Positions 1 through 8,783 of a stretch of DNA of 64,000 bases are shown here, one piece after another (the stretch's first letter is position 1; every line of letters begins with the position of its first letter). This stretch comes from a virus. Taxonomy: Duplodnaviria > Caudoviricetes. The DNA is taken from positions 1 through 64,000 of IMG/VR virus record IMGVR_UViG_3300027007_000012; one strand, given 5' to 3'. Under the pieces are notes generated by a model. That model was given only the letters and a program-made list of their open reading frames with translations. It was not told the origin of the DNA and did no database searches. The translations under genes and the position numbers were made by a program.

Positions 1-159
1 CTCCCGGCTACCGCCGGTCGCGCATTCGGTCGCCCTACCGGGCGACCCGCCCGGCACGAGGGTTTCCCGGCCGACTCGGCACGCCGCCTGGTGTGACGCC
101 GGTCGTTAGTGTTCCGGGCGACATTAACGCTCTTATAGATAATCTTTTATGACTCCTGA

Positions 160-798
160 GTGTATGTAGCTGGTGTGATGCAAGAGACGAACCCGTCCGA
201 TCGGATGGTGAGATTGTACTTCGGCAAACCCGGAGAAAACCGGCCTACAAAGGCTGAAGTGCGTGATTTCATCGTCGCCGACATGGGTCTCGTCAGGGGT
301 GACGAGAAGCCACAGTGGAGCGAAGGGATTTGCGAACTCATACAATATGGTATGGATTCATGGGATACTAAACTTTCTGATACGTGGGAGCACGAGGAGC
401 AGATTGACCAGCTCGAAGCCAAAGTTCGCGCCGCCCAGAACAGGGTCGACGACCTGGAGGCCGAGCTCGAAATGGAGAAACTCTCCGACACGGACACCGA
501 CGTCGTCGCCGAGGTCCACCGAACTGAAGCGCGTATCCTCGAAATCCTCTGTCGAGACGATAACATCGGCGCGAAATCGCCCAACTTCGTTCCCATCGAC
601 GAGATCGCGGCTGAGATCGACGTGAGCAGACAGGCCGTCTCCAATATCGTCGAAGCCATGGAGAAGCCAGAGCTTGGTGGACACGTCGAGGTCGACCGTC
701 ACGGAGGTCGTGTGAAAACGGCCGACCCTGGAGCGTTCGTTGCCTACTGTGGGGCTGTCAGGATGTCGCCCGAGAAGATCAGGGAGGCTAACCGATGA
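160..798 (+). CDS. C-terminal winged-HTH protein with coiled coil; possible integrase accessory factor or repressor
   Basis: 212-aa acidic ORF with HTH-like segment IDEIAAEIDVSRQAVSNIVEAME; overlaps integrase start by 4 nt (ATGA); TATA-like TTTTAT upstream. Confidence 0.6.
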   Translation: MYVAGVMQETNPSDRMVRLYFGKPGENRPTKAEVRDFIVADMGLVRGDEKPQWSEGICELIQYGMDSWDTKLSDTWEHEEQIDQLEAKVRAAQNRVDDLEAELEMEKLSDTDTDVVAEVHRTEARILEILCRDDNIGAKSPNFVPIDEIAAEIDVSRQAVSNIVEAMEKPELGGHVEVDRHGGRVKTADPGAFVAYCGAVRMSPEKIREANR

Positions 799-1901
799 GC
801 GGTATCCCAGGGGATGACGACGAGCTCAAGGACATGCTTCAGGACATCCGAGACGAGATTCGCGATCTCCGCCAGGAGAACGAACGACTCCGTGACGACT
901 CGGATGACGACGACAGGCCAGATGCACCGCCGAACGACGATATCGTCGACCAGTTCATCGACGAGAAACATCTGGCCGAATCGACCGAGAGGCCGTACAG
1001 ATCCGCCCTTCGATGCTTCCGACGGCACACTGGAGACGTTCCTTTCCTGGATGTCGACGAGGACGTTGTGAGCGAGTTCGCGGATACCTACGGCGGTGCT
1101 GATGGACCCGATGCGTCGACCATCGTATCGTACCTTCGACGCTTGAAACGGCTCTACGACTGGATGCAGACCAAACCATGGGGACCACTGAACAACCCGG
1201 TGACGACCCCACTCGACGAGTACAAAAACAGGCACAAGGGTGTCCTCAGACGAAGTGGTCAAAGTCCCGGGACCGTCGTGAAACCAGAGGAATATCGGCT
1301 GTTGTTCAAACCAAACAACGAAGCGCGGAGTCGAGCCATCCTGCTCCTCCCCGCGAAGACTGGGCTCAGACGGAAAGAACTGGCCTGGCTCAAACTCGAT
1401 GATGTCGACCTCGACGAGCTGAAGGTCTACAACAGATCGCCCAAAGGGGTGGGGGAGCAGCGAATCAGTCGCGACCGGGCTGACCCGAAGTTCATCGACG
1501 AAGAAACAGCCGACGTCATCCGGCGCTGGATCGACCAACGAGAGCACGTCATGGACGGTCTCGGTGACGGTATCAATGACGAAGGGTGGCTCTTTCCGAG
1601 TCGTGATGGGTCGAGAGTCGATCCGATGTCCGTCTCACGCTGGTGGTGGAAAGCACGCGAACGAACAGAGCGTGTCGTCAAGAGCGACGACCCACGGGTG
1701 GCCGAGAAACTCGGGGACCTCTCTCCCCACGACGCCCGCCGCTGCTTCACCTCATGGTTGAACTGGAACGATTGTCCACGAGACCTGATCGCGGCGCTAC
1801 GCGGCGATGCGGACGCTGACATGGTGGCTCTGTACACGACCTACGGCGAAGATCACCTGCGAGAGGAGTATCTGCGAGCGATCCCCACCTTCAACCTCTA
1901 A
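795..1901 (+). CDS. int: Tyrosine recombinase/integrase
   Basis: Catalytic residues R (TGLRRKEL), K (RSPKG), HxxR (HDARR), Y (ALYTTY); N-terminal SAM-like core-binding region. Confidence 0.92.
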   Translation: MSGIPGDDDELKDMLQDIRDEIRDLRQENERLRDDSDDDDRPDAPPNDDIVDQFIDEKHLAESTERPYRSALRCFRRHTGDVPFLDVDEDVVSEFADTYGGADGPDASTIVSYLRRLKRLYDWMQTKPWGPLNNPVTTPLDEYKNRHKGVLRRSGQSPGTVVKPEEYRLLFKPNNEARSRAILLLPAKTGLRRKELAWLKLDDVDLDELKVYNRSPKGVGEQRISRDRADPKFIDEETADVIRRWIDQREHVMDGLGDGINDEGWLFPSRDGSRVDPMSVSRWWWKARERTERVVKSDDPRVAEKLGDLSPHDARRCFTSWLNWNDCPRDLIAALRGDADADMVALYTTYGEDHLREEYLRAIPTFNL

Positions 1902-2433
1902 TCGACAGACACCGCGGTATAAACCGTATGCAGATATATGAATATCGCCGCTAATGGGCGGGGAGTGGGTCTGGCGTCTCGCTGTCTTCGAGCTCGTATG
2001 TCCGGAGGAGATCGCCACACGACGGACACGTTAACTTGAGGCCAGTCCAGTCGCCATCGGACCATTCGGCCTCGTATCGATCGAACGTTGCACCGCAGGT
2101 GTTACACTTCATGGCCGTTCCCGCGAACGTGCTCTACGGAGCGGCTTAAGTCTTCGCGCGCGCCCTGGATGCCACCAGTAACGTGCCGCTTTCGCGCCCC
2201 ACCTGTCCCGACATTCATCCTCAAAACAGGCGTATGTACGTACGTACGTGCCCATATGTACGTGCAGACCATGTGACTGCAACTCACCCACACGATAGAT
2301 TTAAGATCATCCAACGTATTGTTTCTGATACGTCAATGTCACTGACAGCGGGTTTCCCCGGCTATCCGCATACGACGTGTGACTGGCATGATAATATGCC
2401 AGAACGTGTTCAACAGTGATCACTCTCATTTGA

Positions 2434-2507
2434 GCCGGGAGGGCCCGCCTGGTGCGGGCGCGTGACTGTTAATCACGAGGTGCGAGGTTCGAGTCCTCGT
2501 CCTGGCG
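2434..2507 (+). tRNA. trnN: tRNA-Asn(GTT)
   Basis: Acceptor GCCGGGA/TCCTGGC, anticodon arm CGTGA-CTGTTAA-TCACG, T-arm CGAGG-TTCGAGT-CCTCG. Confidence 0.88.
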
Positions 2508-2528
2508 CCTGAGAGTGTCAGAATACCG

Positions 2529-2562
2529 ATACACTTAATATCGATACACGTCAAGTATAGGA
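2529..2562 (+). promoter_or_regulatory. Promoter upstream of tRNA array
   Basis: ACACTTAATATCGATACACGTCAAG, nearly identical to ACACTTAATATCTTAACACGTCAAG upstream of the ligase gene; TTAATA TATA-like core. Confidence 0.6.
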
Positions 2563-2590
2563 CATTCAAAAACATAAGAAACTAGACATG

Positions 2591-2665
2591 GGGCTTGTAG
2601 CTCAGCCAGGCCAGAGCAGTCGACTCCAAATCGACCGGCCGGGGGTTCGAATCCTTCCGGGCCCA
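2591..2665 (+). tRNA. trnW: tRNA-Trp(CCA), intronless
   Basis: Cloverleaf; anticodon arm GTCGA-CTCCAAA-TCGAC; T-loop TTCGAAT. Confidence 0.92.
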
Positions 2666-2760
2666 CTTTGGGACCACCTTGTAGGAAATCGCACGGTCCC
2701 GCTACAACGGGGTAGCCTGGGGAGGTGACACGGCGCGGGTCCCTCCCGCGTCCCCCTGCA

Positions 2761-2834
2761 TGGCGCATAGGTCAGTCAGGTAGACCACCTCGCTCACATC
2801 GAGGATGCCCCCGGTTCGAATCCGGGTGTGCCAA
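2761..2834 (+). tRNA. trnV: tRNA-Val(CAC)
   Basis: Acceptor TGGCGCA/TGTGCCA, anticodon arm CCTCG-CTCACAT-CGAGG, T-arm CCCGG-TTCGAAT-CCGGG. Confidence 0.9.
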
Positions 2835-2968
2835 TCCCCCAAAACCCCGGGCTCAGCCCGGACGGGGGTGTGCGGTCCTGCTCGAGAATCGCGAACGCCT
2901 GCGGACGAACGCGGTCCGTGGGAAGGCGCTAAGAGCCGATCGAGAAGGGGGAGCGATCCCCCATCCGA

Positions 2969-3042
2969 GTGCCCGTAGTTCAGCTCGGTAGAACGCTCGC
3001 TTTGCAAGTGAGAGGCCGCTGGTTCGAGCCCGGCCGGGTACA
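2969..3042 (+). tRNA. trnA: tRNA-Ala(TGC)
   Basis: Acceptor GTGCCCG/CGGGTAC, anticodon arm CTCGC-TTTGCAA-GTGAG, T-loop TTCGAGC. Confidence 0.88.
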
Positions 3043-3131
3043 TGCGACACGGTGATCGACCCCTGCGCTCCGGCGTACAGATCGACACATCGACAGCGCC
3101 CACGGTGGGAAGTACGTGACGCCCATGCGGT

Positions 3132-3206
3132 GGGTCGGTAGCTTAGCCTGCGTAAAGCGTTCGGCTTTTAACCGAATGACCGGGGGTTCGAATCCCTCCC
3201 GACCCG
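3132..3206 (+). tRNA. trnK: tRNA-Lys(TTT)
   Basis: Acceptor GGGTCGG/CCGACCC, anticodon arm TTCGG-CTTTTAA-CCGAA, T-loop TTCGAAT. Confidence 0.93.
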
Positions 3207-3327
3207 TGGGGCGGTTGGCCTCTGGCCGCTGAGCTCGGTAGTCCCGAACCACAAAAGAATCCCAGAGGACGTTGAGTGACCGATCACTCGCGAGGTCGGG
3301 CTGGCCACCCGACACACCACACGGTGT

Positions 3328-3400
3328 GGCTTCGTAGCTCAGTTGGTAGAGCCCTCGATTTGTAATCGAGCGGCCGGGAGTTCGATCCTCCCCGAAGCCT
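3328..3400 (+). tRNA. trnT: tRNA-Thr(TGT)
   Basis: Acceptor GGCTTCG/CGAAGCC, D-arm GCTC-AGTTGGTA-GAGC, anticodon arm CTCGA-TTTGTAA-TCGAG. Confidence 0.92.
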
Positions 3401-3421
3401 TCCGTTCAGTCCACCTCCAGA

Positions 3422-3487
3422 AGTCCCGCTGGCGAGAGATGCCTGACTTTCAATCAGGTGGCCGTCGGTTCGATTCCCTCCGGGATA
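3422..3487 (+). pseudogene. Degenerate tRNA-Glu(TTC)
   Basis: Intact anticodon arm CCTGA-CTTTCAA-TCAGG and T-loop TTCGATT, but truncated D-arm and mispaired T-stem. Confidence 0.65.
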
Positions 3488-3519
3488 ATCAGGGTGCGAC
3501 CAGCGCCCAGACACGACGT

Positions 3520-3594
3520 GGCCGGACTGGTCTAAACTGGTTAAGATTCAGCACTGTGACTGCTGAGAACCGCGTTCGAGTCGCGGGACCGGCC
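3520..3594 (+). tRNA. trnH: tRNA-His(GTG)
   Basis: Encoded G-1 opposite C73; anticodon arm CAGCA-CTGTGAC-TGCTG; T-loop TTCGAGT. Confidence 0.88.
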
Positions 3595-3652
3595 CTCCGT
3601 CAGGCAAAATAGCCGAACTACATAAGAGTTCGGGGATTTCGCTTGACACTGC

Positions 3653-3727
3653 TGGGCGATCGCGTAGTCTGGTTATCGCGCGTGCCTTGGGTGCACGAGA
3701 TCGCAGGTTCAAATCCTGCTCGCCCAA
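3653..3727 (+). tRNA. trnP: tRNA-Pro(TGG)
   Basis: Acceptor TGGGCGA/TCGCCCA, anticodon arm CGTGC-CTTGGGT-GCACG, T-loop TTCAAAT. Confidence 0.9.
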
Positions 3728-3793
3728 TGGACTGTGGCACGAGTCACACGTCCTTCCCGTAGGACACGCACCCTACGTAGCAGACACCTCACC

Positions 3794-4225
3794 ATGTCCA
3801 CGACAAAGGAGCGGCCAGCCAGTAATGGATTGGTCACAGTCGGTCGGTCAGAATCGCGCACGAAACACGTAGACGCCGCGCTTGTCGAATCATTTGCGGC
3901 TGTCACCGGGGACGAAAACCCGCTTCACCTCGAAGACGATCACGCCGCCGAGACGATGTTCGGCGAACGGATCGCCCACGGGATGCTCGCAGGTGGGATG
4001 CTCAGCGCCGCGCTGACCGACCTGGTCGACCCCGAGGTCGCGACGGTTGTCTACCTTTCACAGGAACTCGAGTTCCAGAAACCCGTCTACCTCGGAGACA
4101 AGCTCACCGCGACAGTCGAGGTCGTCGAAGATCTCGGCCAGTCACGGTATCGACTTCGAACGTACGCAGAGACAACCTCGGACGTGGTTGTTGACGGTGA
4201 AGCGGTTGTCCTCCTCGACGAGTGA
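3794..4225 (+). CDS. maoC: MaoC-like (R)-specific enoyl-CoA hydratase (hot-dog fold)
   Basis: Motif FAAVTGDENPLHL...FGERIAHGML; start placed at ATG 3794. Confidence 0.88.
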   Translation: MSTTKERPASNGLVTVGRSESRTKHVDAALVESFAAVTGDENPLHLEDDHAAETMFGERIAHGMLAGGMLSAALTDLVDPEVATVVYLSQELEFQKPVYLGDKLTATVEVVEDLGQSRYRLRTYAETTSDVVVDGEAVVLLDE

Positions 4226-4240
4226 GGAGTGGTCGTTTGC

Positions 4241-4315
4241 GCCTCTGTAGCTCAGCCAGGACAGAGCACTGGCCTTCGAAGCCATGAGTCGGGAGTTCGA
4301 ATCTCCCCAGGGGCT
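4241..4315 (+). tRNA. trnR: tRNA-Arg(TCG)
   Basis: Acceptor GCCTCTG/CAGGGGC, anticodon loop CTTCGAA, T-arm GGGAG-TTCGAAT-CTCCC. Confidence 0.9.
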
Positions 4316-4359
4316 TATACTACCAGAAATATGATATACCGGTCGCGCGTACATCGTGT

Positions 4360-4545
4360 ATGACCATTTGTCCCCAGTGTGGGAGCGCGATGATCAAGAA
4401 GACAGGACGCGTCGGCCTCGACGCCCGGCGCCGCCACTACTACCAGTGCGTCACGTGCGGAAAGATCCACGTCCCCCCGTACGAAGACGACGACAAGGCG
4501 GGGAAGCCGATCAGCACGAGTGGTCTGAAACGGAAGTTCCTCTAA
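4360..4545 (+). CDS. Small zinc-ribbon protein
   Basis: CPQCG ... CVTCG, 61 aa. Confidence 0.65.
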   Translation: MTICPQCGSAMIKKTGRVGLDARRRHYYQCVTCGKIHVPPYEDDDKAGKPISTSGLKRKFL

Positions 4546-4574
4546 ACACCGCACTGGATGCCACCAGCAGCGAT

Positions 4575-4745
4575 ATGAAACCACGACCAACAGAAGCGGC
4601 CATCCCACGAACGAAAACAGTCACCACGTCATACCGGTGTGACGACTGCGAGAAGACCATTCAAACACTCTCGATGGAAGACGATGTCGGTGCGACCGAT
4701 GCGTGCCTCAACTGCGGGTCGTTCTTGATCCACATCGTCGAGTAG
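4575..4745 (+). CDS. Small zinc-ribbon protein
   Basis: CDDC ... CLNCG; start taken at ATG 4575. Confidence 0.6.
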   Translation: MKPRPTEAAIPRTKTVTTSYRCDDCEKTIQTLSMEDDVGATDACLNCGSFLIHIVE

Positions 4746-4761
4746 GTTTAGAGGGGGAGAA

Positions 4762-4800
4762 GAAACACTTAATATCTTAACACGTCAAGATTATTATATG
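4762..4800 (+). promoter_or_regulatory. Promoter for a leaderless ligase mRNA
   Basis: AAACACTTAATATC...ACACGTCAAG with the TATA-like element about 28 nt before the ATG. Confidence 0.6.
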
Positions 4801-6348
4801 GACTTAACGGAGTTCAGCACGTACGGAGAGAGACTTGTAGGCGGCGCGGAACCGAAAGACCGCGTCATCATCGAGTGTCTCGACAAACTCGATCCGAGGA
4901 GTTCCGACTTCATGGGAGCAATCTCATTTCTGACACGAGAGCCCTTCGACGATATCGGCGTCGGGAAGACATCCCTGCGAGAGATCGCTGCTGAAACACT
5001 CGATACAGACGTCAGTACGCTCCGCGATCACGAGCGCGACTACGGCGACCTTCCCAGCGCGATCGGCCATGTGGCCGCCGAGACGAACCGCCTCGTCCCG
5101 AGAACGGATGTAAGTCTTGGCGACCTGTACCGGAGATGCCACCAGATACGTGACGCCACGGGAGACGAGGGTGGCCGACTGATCCGACAGGCCCTCTCGG
5201 ACTACAAGGAGCCCAAGTGGGTCGCACACGCGTTCCTCGGTAAGAAAGGGGTGAGCTTCGGCGTCGGCGAAAAATCCGTCGTCAGCATCCTCTGTAAGGA
5301 GCACGGCATCGATGACTCGCGACGGGCGCTGGCACTGAACCCCCGAGTGGTCGATCTGTGTGCGACAATCGCGAGTCCCGAGAGCTACCACAACCCGATC
5401 ATGCAACCACTCTGCGGGCGACCGTTCCTCCCCATGCTGGCGAAATCGAAGCCGATCCCGGAAGACCCACGGGCGGAGTGGATGATCCAGCCCAAGTACG
5501 ACGGGGCACGCATCCTCGTCCACTACAACACCGCCGACGACGGCATCCTCCGGGCGTTCAGTCGGAACGCGAACGACGTGACGAACAGCCTCCCCGAGCT
5601 GCGCGAGCTCGAGGATGTGATCACCGCCGAGGGACAGTACATCTTCGACGGGGAAGCGATCCCCTACAAGGACGGGGAGCGCCAGCCGTTCCAGCAAGTG
5701 ATGACCCGGTTTGGTCGCCAGGAGGATGTCGACGAGCAAGAGATCGACATCGAGTTCAAGTTCTTCGACCTGGTCTACGCGGAGAACGAGTGGCCAGCCT
5801 ACGACGGGGACGTGTCCAAGATGACGGCGGGCGGACGATACTTCCTGTTGTTCTGGCTATTCGCCCATGACCACACGGACTGGGTCGCACCGTCGTACAC
5901 ACCCATGCTCGACGAGGACCTCGTCAGTCACTACCAGGAGTTCCTGCGAGACGGCCTTGAAGGAGCGGTGGTCAAACGCGTCGACGCACCCTACGAGTTC
6001 AATCGGCGCTCACCACACTGGCGGAAGATGCTCCCGACGAAAGAGAACGTCGAGCTACGCGTCGTAGCCGTCCACGAAGGAGAGAACAGCAACGCCGGAA
6101 TGGTTGGCGGGATGGAACTGGAGACGGAAGATGGAACGCCCGTTGGCCGTGTTGGTGCCGGTATCGAAGACTACGACGGCATCAAATGGGAGGAGCGGGA
6201 CACGGTCGTCGACGAGATCGTCGAGGTATCCTGGCGCGAGCTCCAGGCCAACGACGACGGAACCTACGCGCTCCGATTCCCCAGCCTCGAAGCGTTCCGC
6301 GAAGACAAGGACGAGGCCGACACACTCGACAAACTCAAAACCCTGTGA
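4798..6348 (+). CDS. lig: ATP-dependent DNA ligase
   Basis: Motif I QPKYDG, FSRN, IFDGE, FDLVY, EGAVVK, WRKM; OB-fold LRFPS. Confidence 0.95.
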   Translation: MDLTEFSTYGERLVGGAEPKDRVIIECLDKLDPRSSDFMGAISFLTREPFDDIGVGKTSLREIAAETLDTDVSTLRDHERDYGDLPSAIGHVAAETNRLVPRTDVSLGDLYRRCHQIRDATGDEGGRLIRQALSDYKEPKWVAHAFLGKKGVSFGVGEKSVVSILCKEHGIDDSRRALALNPRVVDLCATIASPESYHNPIMQPLCGRPFLPMLAKSKPIPEDPRAEWMIQPKYDGARILVHYNTADDGILRAFSRNANDVTNSLPELRELEDVITAEGQYIFDGEAIPYKDGERQPFQQVMTRFGRQEDVDEQEIDIEFKFFDLVYAENEWPAYDGDVSKMTAGGRYFLLFWLFAHDHTDWVAPSYTPMLDEDLVSHYQEFLRDGLEGAVVKRVDAPYEFNRRSPHWRKMLPTKENVELRVVAVHEGENSNAGMVGGMELETEDGTPVGRVGAGIEDYDGIKWEERDTVVDEIVEVSWRELQANDDGTYALRFPSLEAFREDKDEADTLDKLKTL

Positions 6349-6589
6349 AACCTGTCGTGTCGGCTTACAAAAATATTTATCTTCTGGTACTTCATAGATT
6401 GAGTGTCACTGACGGATGCCGTGACGCTCTGGCCGCCAGGTGGTCACTGGCGGACGGGTCCCGACTCTCTACCCACGGATTCCAACGTCACCACGTAAGA
6501 CCGGTTTCAGCGACCCTTTTAAACCATGCTCCGCTGATAAATAGGTCGGAAAACTGGTATATAGAGACTCGCGGCTTGTTTGAGACGAG

Positions 6590-6802
6590 ATGGGATTCCG
6601 GCAAGCCCTCCGAGACCACGGCGAAGTGATCGTCGAGCTCGAAAACGATCGTGTCGCTGAGTTACACCTCGACGCCCAGTTTTCGGACGACGGGGCGACG
6701 AACCGCACACTGGTAACGTTCACCGACGAAGACAACGAGGAACACTCGTTCTACGCAGACAGCGTCGTCAACTACTGGACACACCCGAGCGGGTGGCTCT
6801 GA
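6590..6802 (+). CDS. Hypothetical protein
   Basis: Acidic 70-aa ORF after the GAAAACTGGTATAT promoter; stop overlaps the next ATG. Confidence 0.6.
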   Translation: MGFRQALRDHGEVIVELENDRVAELHLDAQFSDDGATNRTLVTFTDEDNEEHSFYADSVVNYWTHPSGWL

Positions 6803-7218
6803 TGGCACCGTTCTCCTGGATGGTGTGGTCGTTCCCGAACCGATATGTCGAGGATTCATCTCGCTGGCGAACGTTCGACCTGCGTGACTGGAGTCGCAAC
6901 GAGTACGAGTGGAAAGCCGATCCACCAGGACTCTGGAACGATCGGGCCCAGCGTCCCGCCAAGACCGTTCGAAAGGGTACTGGTGACTGTGACGACTATG
7001 CGCTGGTGGCCGCGTCGTGTGCTGTTTCGAAAGGGCGGCGTGGCGTCGGTCTGGCGGTCATGGGTCACTACAAGTGGGGTGTTCCGGTGCCGACCCACAT
7101 GATCGCATACGACCGACACAAGACCTACTCCTCAGGGCGCATTCGGAGAGAATCGCCGAACGAGTTCGTCGACCGCGATCGTCGATACGACTGGGTCTGG
7201 ACGCGGCGCGTTCGGTAG
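6802..7218 (+). CDS. Transglutaminase-like cysteine protease domain protein
   Basis: GDCDDYA motif, with downstream THM and YD candidates for the catalytic triad. Confidence 0.65.
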   Translation: MAPFSWMVWSFPNRYVEDSSRWRTFDLRDWSRNEYEWKADPPGLWNDRAQRPAKTVRKGTGDCDDYALVAASCAVSKGRRGVGLAVMGHYKWGVPVPTHMIAYDRHKTYSSGRIRRESPNEFVDRDRRYDWVWTRRVR

Positions 7219-7564
7219 ACACTCAGAAAACTGGTATATACAGCACGCCGACTATCTGTGTCCGATGGCGGTGCCCCCCTCCGCAGGCGACGCCCCCGTC
7301 TCGTTTCTGACCACCGATACCTTCCGGCCAGACACAGTACATCGGTGGTTCCAGCGGCTCATCGACCCGGGTGGGTACTGACCCCACCGATACGACGCGA
7401 GATATGTCGCCAGTCGACGCCCGGAAAGCACCCCCCCCCGTTTTTGAAGTATAGAATTCTGATATGAGTGGCAACCAGTAATATTTATTATAGTTCTTTG
7501 CCTACTATAGATTACTAACCTTCGGGTCCAATAGCGTGGAACGAGGGGAAGTACAGGACAGTCC

Positions 7565-7846
7565 ATGAAGACAGAGAGACAACTACAGAGGATGTTAGCA
7601 AATCGGAGATGTGCGGGATTTGAACGTACGTCGGCTGACCCCGATCGGCGGCGTCATATCGAGTACAACCTACTTCGCCAGATTCTGGACCTTGACAGCG
7701 ACCAGGACGTGTGCCGTGAGTGCGCTACGATCTCGGACACCGACGCAACGTGGGATGACCCTGGTCTGTGCCCGGCGTGTTCCACTGGGGTGCAGCTCCG
7801 TATCAATGCCCACGCTGCTGGTGGCATCGATGTGGAGGGTGATTAA
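7565..7846 (+). CDS. Zinc-finger protein
   Basis: CREC ... CPAC; contains a reverse motif copy at 7818. Confidence 0.55.
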   Translation: MKTERQLQRMLANRRCAGFERTSADPDRRRHIEYNLLRQILDLDSDQDVCRECATISDTDATWDDPGLCPACSTGVQLRINAHAAGGIDVEGD

Positions 7847-8244
7847 TGTCGACCCCCAAGCACTGTCCATATTGCTTTGGGACCGTCGAGCGCACCCGCT
7901 ACTGGTACCGTGACGCGCACGATATCATCCCATCGTCTGTCGTCCCACCGGAATGTAACGACGACCTCCCCGGGTCGATCGACCTGGAATACGAGCTCGA
8001 CGAGATGGTCATGGCCATGCCGTGTGGCCACTCGTTCGAGGGCGGTCGTTGGTTCGAGTACGCGGAAGCCTGTAAGCTCTACACGTTCACGCTCGACGAG
8101 CTCTCCCAGGTGATCAGCACTGGGGCGGCCCACGTCCTCTCAGAGGACCTCGACGCGCACGATATCACGGTTCGACTCTCCGCCGAGGAGTGTTGTGAGA
8201 CGATGGAACGGACGGCACCGAGGGGTGTGTTCGGCGATGCCTGA
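7846..8244 (+). CDS. Zinc-binding hypothetical protein
   Basis: CPYC ... PCGH, acidic, translationally coupled. Confidence 0.6.
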   Translation: MSTPKHCPYCFGTVERTRYWYRDAHDIIPSSVVPPECNDDLPGSIDLEYELDEMVMAMPCGHSFEGGRWFEYAEACKLYTFTLDELSQVISTGAAHVLSEDLDAHDITVRLSAEECCETMERTAPRGVFGDA

Positions 8245-8584
8245 GATCCCCGCGACACCGGATCTCGAGTGGATTGACGTCAGCCTCCACGCGGGCAAAC
8301 GGTGGCACCAGTACGTTTCCAAATCACCGGGATATGGACCGATTATCGCATGGAACATCGCGGAGACACTGACCGGCGACCACGGGCTGTACTGTGACGA
8401 AGCCCGCTACGACGAAACCACGGATACGGTGATCCTCGTCGCGAAAGACGAAGATGATGGAGACGACGTACCACGCGTAATGGTCACGGTCATGCGAGGT
8501 CGTCACGCGAAATCGAAGACACAGGCCGCGATCGTCCGCATCATCGGCCACAAACCTCGGATGCCGCAGATAGCCAAGGCGTGA
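8237..8584 (+). CDS. Hypothetical protein
   Basis: Overlaps the upstream stop; ATG 8237. Confidence 0.55.
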   Translation: MPEIPATPDLEWIDVSLHAGKRWHQYVSKSPGYGPIIAWNIAETLTGDHGLYCDEARYDETTDTVILVAKDEDDGDDVPRVMVTVMRGRHAKSKTQAAIVRIIGHKPRMPQIAKA

Positions 8585-8648
8585 TGATGAAGTTTTCGAG
8601 ACACAACCCCCACCCCGCAGACGCTGCTCACGACCGTTCGGAGGTCGC

Positions 8649-8783
8649 ATGAACGCAGGCATCAAACAAGCCTGGGAGCTCTACCGCGACCGGAACGTCG
8701 TCGTCGGTAAGTATCGTGACGAGATTGACGAGATGCGTCAACTCGCCCGAGAATGGGATGACGCTGGAGAGCCGCTGGAATGA
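8649..8783 (+). CDS. Small hypothetical protein (44 aa)
   Basis: GAGGT RBS before the ATG; TGA overlaps the polB ATG (not in the ORF track). Confidence 0.5.
   Translation: MNAGIKQAWELYRDRNVVVGKYRDEIDEMRQLAREWDDAGEPLE

Noticed and set aside
3601-3650. Possible extra tRNA between His and Pro
   Set aside because: Only one hairpin (CCGAACT/AGTTCGG); no T-arm or acceptor stem
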